The notes beneath the pieces are model-generated. The model was not told the DNA's origin. It did not search any database and was given only the letters and a program-made list of their open reading frames with translations. This document shows, in pieces, positions 1 to 5,040 of a DNA stretch of 5,040 nucleotides. Both the position numbers and the translations under genes were made by a program. Every line of letters begins with the position of its first letter. Positions within the stretch are counted from its first letter, which is position 1. The DNA comes from a virus. Its lineage: Duplodnaviria; Heunggongvirae; Uroviricota; Caudoviricetes. The stretch lies in IMG/VR virus record IMGVR_UViG_2681813201_000012. One strand, given 5' to 3'.

Positions 1-12
1 TCAGCACTGACT

Positions 13-615
13 TCATGGCATGGCCATGAGCATTTTCACGTCCGCATCACCGTCTGCTGACGTCTGTGGCACGCCACCCTGTACCGCTGCCGGTGAATGG
101 TTCGCCATGATGCGTTCAAACAGGGCGGTTGTGGATGCAGAGACCGGTTCTGCCTTACCTGATCCCGCAGCCAGCACAGCCCGGGCGCTCTCCACAGTCA
201 TTCCCGGGCAGGCAGCCAGCTGTTCAGCCTGCGCCTCAGCCCCTTTTGCCTCATCCAGTGCCATGATCTGATCACGGAGTGAGGGTCCGGCATCCGCCTG
301 CGGTGAAGCAGCCAGGATCGGGCGGGCTTTTTCCACCGTCATCTCCGGCATCGCCGCCAGCGTTGCCGCCAGTTGTTCACGACCGTTCGCTTCTTCACAC
401 GCCATAATGCGATCGGCTTCACTCTGCGTGGATGCCACCGGCTGCTGCGGTGCCGCCGCGGCCAGAATCGCCCGGGCCTGTTCAACGCTCATGCCCTGTT
501 GTCCTGCCAGCATCGTGGCAAGCTGTTCACGTCCTTTCGCTTCCTGGCATGTCAGGATCCCCATCACTCGCTGGTTCTCCTGCGCGGCGGCTTCCGTTGC
601 AGTTAATTGCGGCAT
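13..615 (-). CDS. Nu3: Nu3-like scaffolding protein, nested in-frame in the 3' part of C (internal ATG at 615-613, same stop as C), about 200 aa
   Basis: There is an internal in-frame ATG (minus strand, plus coordinates 613-615) preceded by AGGAGG (plus 620-625) with a 4-nt spacer. This is the same arrangement as lambda, where Nu3 starts inside C after AGGAGGGCGA-ATG. The local context GG-T-M-PQL corresponds to lambda GG-R-M-TKE. Use of this internal start is inferred by analogy, not demonstrated. Confidence 0.55.
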   Translation of the reverse strand: MPQLTATEAAAQENQRVMGILTCQEAKGREQLATMLAGQQGMSVEQARAILAAAAPQQPVASTQSEADRIMACEEANGREQLAATLAAMPEMTVEKARPILAASPQADAGPSLRDQIMALDEAKGAEAQAEQLAACPGMTVESARAVLAAGSGKAEPVSASTTALFERIMANHSPAAVQGGVPQTSADGDADVKMLMAMP

Positions 616-1170
616 AGTGCCTCCTCTGACATTACTGTTCAGCGCCGTGGCCATCACACTGATGGCATCCGACGCATTGACTAATTCATCCGCCAGCCCG
701 GCATCAATGCCGTACTGACCTTCAAAAACGGCGGCCTCTGTTCCCGTGACGGCATCAACAGACAGACCGGTAAACATCGCCACTTTTTCGGCAAACATCC
801 GGCGCGCCGCATCAATGCGCTGCTGCATGTCCTGGCGAACCTCTGCCGGTAAGGCTTCAAACTGATTGCCATCCACCTTGTGCGTCCCTGAGTAAATCAG
901 CGTGATATCCACACCGGCCTGCGCCAGATGACCGGCATAGCTGACATGGCTCATCATCACGCCAATGGAGCCGATACGGGATGTCTGGGTAACCAGCCGT
1001 CGGGAGCAGGCCGACGCCAGCAGCATGGCTGCAGAACAGGCCGTGTCATTGCACAGTGCCCAGACCGGCTTCTGCTGACGGAGGCGGTAAATCATGTCAG
1101 CGCAGTCAAACGCGCCGGCGGCCTGCCCGCCCGGACTGTCAATGTCCAGCAGTACGCCCCGCACCTGGCT
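13..1170 (-). CDS. C: Head maturation protease / minor capsid protein C (S49 ClpP-like peptidase family), 5'-truncated by the N run; stop codon at 13-15
   Basis: The translation after the N run (SQVRGVLLDIDSPGGQAAGAFDCADMIYRLRQQKPVWALCNDTACSAAMLLASACSRRLVTQTSRIGSIGVMM...) aligns by recall with lambda gpC residues from about 120 onward (DGILLDMDTPGGMVAGAFDCADIIARVRDIKPVWALANDMNCSAGQLLASAASRRLVTQTARTGSIGVMM...). The first ~120 residues are absent, lost in the N run at 1171-1236. Gene order B then C matches lambda. Confidence 0.85.
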   Translation of the reverse strand, partial: SQVRGVLLDIDSPGGQAAGAFDCADMIYRLRQQKPVWALCNDTACSAAMLLASACSRRLVTQTSRIGSIGVMMSHVSYAGHLAQAGVDITLIYSGTHKVDGNQFEALPAEVRQDMQQRIDAARRMFAEKVAMFTGLSVDAVTGTEAAVFEGQYGIDAGLADELVNASDAISVMATALNSNVRGGTMPQLTATEAAAQENQRVMGILTCQEAKGREQLATMLAGQQGMSVEQARAILAAAAPQQPVASTQSEADRIMACEEANGREQLAATLAAMPEMTVEKARPILAASPQADAGPSLRDQIMALDEAKGAEAQAEQLAACPGMTVESARAVLAAGSGKAEPVSASTTALFERIMANHSPAAVQGGVPQTSADGDADVKMLMAMP

Positions 1171-1236
1171 NNNNNNNNNNNNNNNNNNNNNNNNNNNNNN
1201 NNNNNNNNNNNNNNNNNNNNNNNNNNNNNNNNNNNN
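1171..1236. other. Run of 66 N (assembly gap or masked sequence) spanning the B/C junction
   Basis: Directly visible run of n. B is readable only to about residue 275 on one side, and C starts at about residue 120 on the other, so roughly 1.1 kb of expected sequence is not represented. Confidence 0.95.
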
Positions 1237-2063
1237 GCTGCACATGCCTTCACAATGGCCGACTGAAGCTGTGTTGCCTGCAGGGAATCGAGCATCTTCA
1301 GCCGTTCCATTACGCTGTAAAACTGATTGGCCCCACGGGTCTGCCCGTCCTCCACCGGCTCGAAAATATGCAGCATGGCCGGACGCCCGGTGGGAAGTTC
1401 ACGCGGGATCCGTTCCCATCGTCCACTCCCAGAGAACGGAAAATCATCCTCACAGATATGGTACGCAACGGCACGGCCATATCGATCGACCTCCACACCG
1501 GCCCGCAGAAAACGGTTCCCCATACCGTGTCCTGGCGTGTCCACCCGTTTCGGACTCACGGCTTTAAAACGCGTACGAAACAGTTGCGTGCTCTCCGTAT
1601 CCCAGACCGGCTGCACAAAGATTTCGCCGTTAAACGCATGAACGCCCACACCTTCACGAATAAATTCCGTAAACGTGCGTTTCTCTTCCACGTCGATCTC
1701 GCCAGACATCCCTTCGGCGTATTCCGACCAGGCCGCCTCCACCTCATCGACAAAACTTTTTGCCGCAGTCTCCCGCATCCCCAGCCAGCGCCAGTTCGGA
1801 CGGTAGCTGATCAGAAACATATGCCCGACAATATGATCCTTATGCAGGGCCACCGCATTGGCCGCTATCCCGTTATTGCGCACCAGATCATCTGCCCGGG
1901 CATTCCCCAGACGCAACGCAGGCAGCAGGGCTGCATCGGCACTCTGCGCCGGTGGCAACCACTCCGCCATTTGCCCGCCAAATCCTGCGCCGCCCCCGTT
2001 GTAGCTGAGACTCTCACGAAGCGGAACGCCGTTCACATCAATCAGGACAGGCGTTCGTTTCAT
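1237..2063 (-). CDS. B: Portal protein (lambda gpB family), N-terminal ~275 aa readable; 3' part lost in the N run
   Basis: The translation MKRTPVLIDVNGVPLRESLSYNGGGAGFGGQMAEWLPPAQSADAALLPALRLGNARADDLVRNNGIAANAVALHKDHIVGHMFLISYRPNWRWLGMRETAAKSFVDEVEAAW... is recognisably lambda portal gpB and stays collinear to ...LQATQLQSAIVKA just before the N run. The ATG at 2063-2061 overlaps the W stop in an ATGA motif, as in lambda. The ORF-track end at 1092 is an artefact of reading through the N run. Confidence 0.9.
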
Positions 2064-2266
2064 AACCTCACTCCCAGCGGACGACGGCGACGTCGGGTTG
2101 TCCCCAGTACCGACTCCGCATCATTGATCGCCCGGTTAAGCTCATCCAGAGAAGCCGCCGTATATTCAATTCTGCGACCATCTTTCTGGACAGACACCAC
2201 CCGTTTACCGGTTAATAAATCAAGGCGCGCCTGACGTAGCGCCTGTAGTTCAGCGACTGTAACCAT
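2060..2266 (-). CDS. W: Head completion / head-tail joining protein (lambda gpW family), 68 aa
   Basis: 68 aa, the same length as lambda gpW. The core LLTGKRVVSVQKDGRRIEYTAAS matches lambda [23 protein letters not shown], and the C-terminal RRRRRP matches lambda QRRRGP. It sits between A and B as in lambda, with GGAGGAG upstream of the ATG at 2266. Confidence 0.85.
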   Translation of the reverse strand: MVTVAELQALRQARLDLLTGKRVVSVQKDGRRIEYTAASLDELNRAINDAESVLGTTRRRRRPLGVRL

Positions 2267-4305
2267 TCACTCCTCCGGACAGCTTCGCTGCCAGTTCTTT
2301 CAGGGTTGGCCGGGTCGTCTCTTCTTCCCGGGATTTTGCCAGTACAGCCAGATCAAGCTGCCAGCGTTGCACGGACACACGTAATGCCGCGTAGGCATAC
2401 ACCAGGCAGTCCAGCGCTTCGTTACGCCGCTTTTTGTTATCCCACAGCAGACGCATCTTTCCTTTTTCCCACTTCTCCACAAGCTCTTCCGCGACCAGTT
2501 GCTGCGCCTCTGTCTGCGAAAAAATCTCCGGATCATCAGGAAAACGGATGGCATACGACGTGGCTTCATCCGCAGGAGTGGGATCGGCTTTCATACGGGC
2601 ATAGAGAATTTCTTTTGCGGTGTCCGTCCCCACTTCACACAGATACACGCCCCGCTGATTGCGGGTTTTCGGCATGGTGATCACCGGCTTGCCATAGACA
2701 GATGCGCCTTTTACCGGCAGCACCCGGAAAACACCGTGTTTTTTTGACCTCTGATAGACAATTTCACCATCGATCCCCCCGGTGTCCCAGCAGACACGGG
2801 AAATGGTCATTTCGGTTCCGTCTGCATGGCAGTATTTTTTGTTGATCGCCGCATCCACACGTAACAGCGTCTCTTCCTCATCGGGACGGCCCATAATGAT
2901 GATTTTATCCACCAGAAAAGCTTCCTCCCCGNNNNNNNNNNNNNNNNNNNNNNNNNNNNNNNNNNNNNNNNNNNNNNNNNNNNNNNNNNNNNNNNNNNNN
3001 NNNNNNNNNNNNNNNNNNNNNNNNNNNNNNNNNNNNNNNNNNNNNNNNNNNNNNNNNNNNNNNNNNNNNNNNNNNNNNNNNNNNNNNNNNNNNNNNNNNN
3101 NNNNNNNNNNNNNNNNNNNNNNNNNNNNNNNNNNNNNNNNNNNNNNNNNNNNNNNNNNNNNNNNNNNNNNNNNNNNNNNNNNNNNNNNNNNNNNNNNNNN
3201 NNNNNNNNNNNNNNNNNNNNNNNNNNNNNNNNNNNNNNNNNNNNNNNNNNNNNNNNNNNNNNNNNNNNNNNNNNNNNNNNNNNNNNNNNNNNNNNNNNNN
3301 NNNNNNNNNNNNNNNNNNNNNNNNNNNNNNNNNNNNNNNNNNNNNNNNNNNNNNNNNNNNNNNNNNNNNNNNNNNNNNNNNNNNNNNNNNNNNNNNNNNN
3401 NNNNNNNNNNNNNNNNNNNNNNNNNNNNNNNNNNNNNNNNNNNNNNNNNNNNNNNNNNNNNNNNNNNNNNNNNNNNNNNNNNNNNNNNNNNNNNNNNNNN
3501 NNNNNNNNNNNNNNNNNNNNNNNNNNNNNNNNNNNNNNNNNNNNNNNNNNNNNNNNNNNNNNNNNNNNNNNNNNNNNNNNNNNNNNNNNNNNNNNNNNNN
3601 NNNNNNNNNNNNNNNNNNNNNNNNNNNNNNNNNNNNNNNNNNNNNNNNNNNNNNNNNNNNNNNNNNNNNNNNNNNNNNNNNNNNNNNNNNNNNNNNNNNN
3701 NNNNNNNNNNNNNNNNNNNNNNNNNNNNNNNNNNNNNNNNNNNNNNNNNNNNNNNNNNNNNNNNNNNNNNNNNNNNNNNNNNNNNNNNNNNNNNNNNNNN
3801 NNNNNNNNTGGTTGGCGCCTGCGCCGCCCAGGCACCAGAAACCGACGCCCGATGAAAAGCGTTTCAGCGTGAGAGTATTGTCACGATGTTTACGACCCAG
3901 CCATGGGGAAAGGTCTTTCAGGCATGGCACGTTCCGAATCGTCGCCTCCACGTGAGACTTCATAAAATCTTCAGCGGCAGAATCCGTGGGCTGAAAAAGC
4001 AGACTGTTTCGGGATTTATGCTCAATAAAATACCCGACCACCCCCAGCAACATCTTTGTATAGCCAACACGGGCAGATTTAATCAGGTTAACCGTGCGAA
4101 CCTGGTCGTTACCCATACAGTTCATAATGGCGATCTGGAATGGCAGCGTTTTCCATTCGCCCTCACCGTATGAGGATTCTTTAGGCAGATAATAATTTTG
4201 ATCAGCCCATTCAACTGCCGTCATTGGTACAACCCTGACCAGAGGCTGCAGCGCAACCGAAACGGCAGCCATCATATTATTCAGTTGTTGCTCTGATATA
4301 TTCAT
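2250..4305 (-). CDS. A: Terminase large subunit (lambda gpA family); N-terminal part at 3809-4305 and C-terminal part at 2250-2931 are readable, the middle (2932-3808) is N
   Basis: The N-terminal part from the ATG at 4305 (MNISEQQLNN...TAVEWADQNYYLPKESSYGEGEWKTLPFQIAIMNCMG...SARVGYTKMLLGV...FIEHK...RDNTLTLKRFSSGVGFWCLGG) aligns with lambda gpA residues 1 to about 165. The C-terminal part (GEEAFLVDKIIIMGRPDEEETLLRVDAAINKKY...ICWDTGGIDGEIVYQRSKKHGVFRVLPVKGASVYGKPV...WDNKKRRNEALDCLVYAYAALR) aligns with lambda gpA from about residue 417 to the end. The two parts are in different reading frames across the 877-nt N run, so the true length of the hidden sequence is unknown. The ORF-track start at 4362 is upstream of the lambda-like MNIS start. 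Confidence 0.9.
2932..3808. other. Run of 877 N (gap or masked sequence) inside the terminase large subunit gene
   Basis: Directly visible run of n. It replaces the region expected to encode gpA residues from about 167 to 416, including the ATPase centre. Confidence 0.95.
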
Positions 4306-4786
4306 CGAGTAAATCCGGTAATTTATCCCCTGCCCGCGCACACTGATTTGCCCCCTTAGCAATAAGGGTTTTCAGATGGTCAAGATGGCGCGGTGTTAAA
4401 TCAGGAAACTGTCGCTGCATGGATAAAGGGATGGAATCAAGCGTACTGGATAACGCCATTGCCAGCTTACTGAGGGCAAAAATACAGAACCCGGTGTCAA
4501 TAAGTTTTCCTTTTGACACCTCATTTTTTAACTGCTGTGTAACAGCCTGTTCTGCTGTCAGTTCCCATCTGGCAATAAGCAATTTCTCCTCATAGTCGTC
4601 TTCGCTATCGCCATCAGGCACATCGTTTTTACTTCTCCTCAGATACGATATGTAAAAATCGCGCCAGGCATCCAGATCCAGTTGCCCTCGCTTATTCGAT
4701 ATCGGGGCACCCGGCAATTTCTGCAATCTGCGAAGCTGGCGATCGGTCAGACTTAAATGCCTGGCAACTTCAGTCTGCGTAGCCAC
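4277..4786 (-). CDS. Nu1: Terminase small subunit (lambda gpNu1 family), 169 aa, probable GTG start
   Basis: The C-terminal two thirds (LIARWELTAEQAVTQQLKNEVSKGKLIDTGFCIFALSKLAMALSSTLDSIPLSMQRQFPDLTPRHLDHLK...LPDLLDEYI) align with lambda Nu1 (...ELKNARDSAEVVETAFCTFVLSRIAGEIASILDGLPLSVQRRFPELENRHVDFLK...IPGLLSEYI). The N-terminal ~50 aa (MATQTEVARHLSLTDRQLRRLQKLPG...) are a different helix-turn-helix-like sequence. The gene overlaps the A start by 29 nt, as Nu1/A overlap in lambda, and lies immediately downstream of cosB. The first in-frame start after an upstream TGA is the GTG at 4786-4784, with GAGG 6 nt upstream. Confidence 0.8.
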   Translation of the reverse strand: MATQTEVARHLSLTDRQLRRLQKLPGAPISNKRGQLDLDAWRDFYISYLRRSKNDVPDGDSEDDYEEKLLIARWELTAEQAVTQQLKNEVSKGKLIDTGFCIFALSKLAMALSSTLDSIPLSMQRQFPDLTPRHLDHLKTLIAKGANQCARAGDKLPDLLDEYIRATTE

Positions 4787-4832
4787 TCCTCACCTCGCAA
4801 AAACTCTCACCTCACAATCACAACAAAACCGG

Positions 4833-4844
4833 TCATGTCCGGTT
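4833..4844 (+). repeat. R-like element copy 1 (TCATGTCCGGTT), candidate small-terminase binding site; part of the dyad AACCGG-TCATGT-CCGGTT at 4827-4844
   Basis: Exact 11-bp match CATGTCCGGTT shared with 4864-4874 and, inverted, with 4922-4932. Position is analogous to lambda cosB R1, proximal to Nu1. Confidence 0.45.
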
Positions 4845-4862
4845 TACATGTCTGTTTTTTGT

Positions 4863-4874
4863 TCATGTCCGGTT
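4863..4874 (+). repeat. R-like element copy 2 (TCATGTCCGGTT), direct repeat of copy 1 about 30 bp away
   Basis: Exact repeat of CATGTCCGGTT, with a spacing of about three helical turns from copy 1. Confidence 0.45.
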
Positions 4875-4920
4875 CACAGAAGACCTGTTTTTATATTTTT
4901 CATATAGTTAACTTGAAGAG

Positions 4921-4932
4921 AAACCGGACATG
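4921..4932 (-). repeat. R-like element copy 3 (inverted: AACCGGACATG on the plus strand), cosN-proximal, analogous in position to lambda R3
   Basis: Exact reverse complement of the 11-bp element, located about 38 bp from cosN. Confidence 0.45.
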
Positions 4933-4969
4933 GATCCCGGAAAATTTTCATAAATAGCGAAAACCCGCG

Positions 4970-4981
4970 AGGTCGCCGCCC
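4970..4981 (-). promoter_or_regulatory. cosN: cosN: the 12-bp cohesive-end sequence GGGCGGCGACCT (minus strand), the terminase nicking site
   Basis: Minus strand reads ...GATCCGACAGGTTACG / GGGCGGCGACCT / CGCGGGTTTTCGC..., which is the lambda right end, the 12-nt cohesive end and the lambda left end as I recall them. The junction is intact, as expected in a prophage, a circular form or a concatemer. Confidence 0.85.
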
Positions 4982-5040
4982 CGTAACCTGTCGGATCGCC
5001 GGAAAGGACCCGCAAAATGATAATAATTATCATCTACATG
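4982..5040 (-). promoter_or_regulatory. cosQ: Right terminus of the virion genome (cosQ-containing region), immediately upstream of cosN in packaging orientation
   Basis: Minus strand reads CATGTAGATGATAATTATTATCATTTTGCGGGTCCTTTCCGGCGATCCGACAGGTTACG, near-identical to my recollection of the last ~60 bp of the lambda genome. I cannot fix the exact cosQ boundaries from memory. Confidence 0.5.

Larger units (their letters stand above)
4787..4969 (-). promoter_or_regulatory. cosB: cosB-like terminase binding region between cosN and the Nu1 start, with three copies of an ~11-bp element and an AT-rich spacer
   Basis: Its position between cosN and the small-subunit gene matches lambda cosB. The first ~35 bp next to cosN (minus strand CGCGGGTTTTCGCTATTTATGAAAATTTTCCGG) match my recollection of the lambda left end; the sequence then diverges from lambda. 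It contains repeated CATGTCCGGTT elements and an AT-rich tract at 4885-4915 where lambda has its IHF site I1. Confidence 0.6.

Noticed and set aside
20-718. Several 60-100-aa ORFs on the plus strand (20-271, 373-606, 407-718, 432-617) and the 63-aa minus-strand ORF at 681-872
   Set aside because: They are antisense to, or out of frame within, the C/Nu3 gene, have no start context and no recognisable motifs; they are by-products of the repeat-rich, GC-rich coding sequence.
1056-2234. 392-aa ORF on the plus strand
   Set aside because: It is antisense to the clearly homologous portal and W genes and passes through the N run. The translation is low-complexity and R/P-rich with no recognisable domain, typical of a shadow ORF in GC-rich coding DNA.
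2300-2747. ORFs 2300-2569 (minus), 2306-2680 (plus) and 2499-2747 (plus) inside the terminase large subunit
   Set aside because: They are alternative-frame or antisense overlaps of the well-supported gpA C-terminal coding region.
2782-3855. 357-aa plus-strand ORF and the 342-aa minus-strand ORF at 2807-3835
   Set aside because: Both consist almost entirely of X translated from the 877-nt N run; neither is a real reading frame.
3886-4173. 95-aa ORF on the plus strand
   Set aside because: Antisense to the conserved N-terminal region of the terminase large subunit.
4885-4915. Possible IHF site in the AT-rich tract of cosB
   Set aside because: The position matches lambda I1, but I could not find a clean WATCAANNNNTTR match by eye (the closest is TTCAAGTTAACT on the minus strand). 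I left it as a note inside the cosB feature.
4757-4957. 66-aa plus-strand ORF across cosB
   Set aside because: It lies across the non-coding cosB region, which is occupied by binding-site repeats and an AT-rich tract; lambda has no gene here.
1-5040. A novel defence or accessory system, CRISPR array, tRNA or mobile-element insertion
   Set aside because: All readable sequence is accounted for by collinear lambda-like packaging and head genes and the cos site. There are no spacer-repeat arrays, no tRNA-like structures and no cargo-like ORFs; anything hidden in the N runs cannot be assessed.

Overview
This window is the DNA-packaging and head-morphogenesis module of a lambda-like (lambdoid) enterobacterial phage, most likely a prophage, with every gene on the minus strand. 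Reading right to left: the phage right end (cosQ region), cosN, cosB, the terminase small subunit (Nu1-like), the terminase large subunit (A-like, interrupted by an 877-nt N run), the W-like head-completion protein, the portal (B-like, 3' end lost in a 66-nt N run), and the C-like head protease with a nested Nu3-like scaffold reading frame. Protein identifications rest on my recall of the phage lambda Nu1, A, W, B and C sequences compared with the supplied translations; no database search was run. I see no evidence of a novel defence or accessory system in the readable sequence; the region is canonical late-operon structural DNA. The points worth a second look are a tandemly repeated ~40-45-aa module in the C/Nu3 C-terminus, a lambda-identical cosN paired with non-lambda cosB repeats and a diverged Nu1 N-terminus, and two N runs whose lengths do not match what gene collinearity predicts. 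All plus-strand ORFs in the track are antisense shadows or N-run artefacts.
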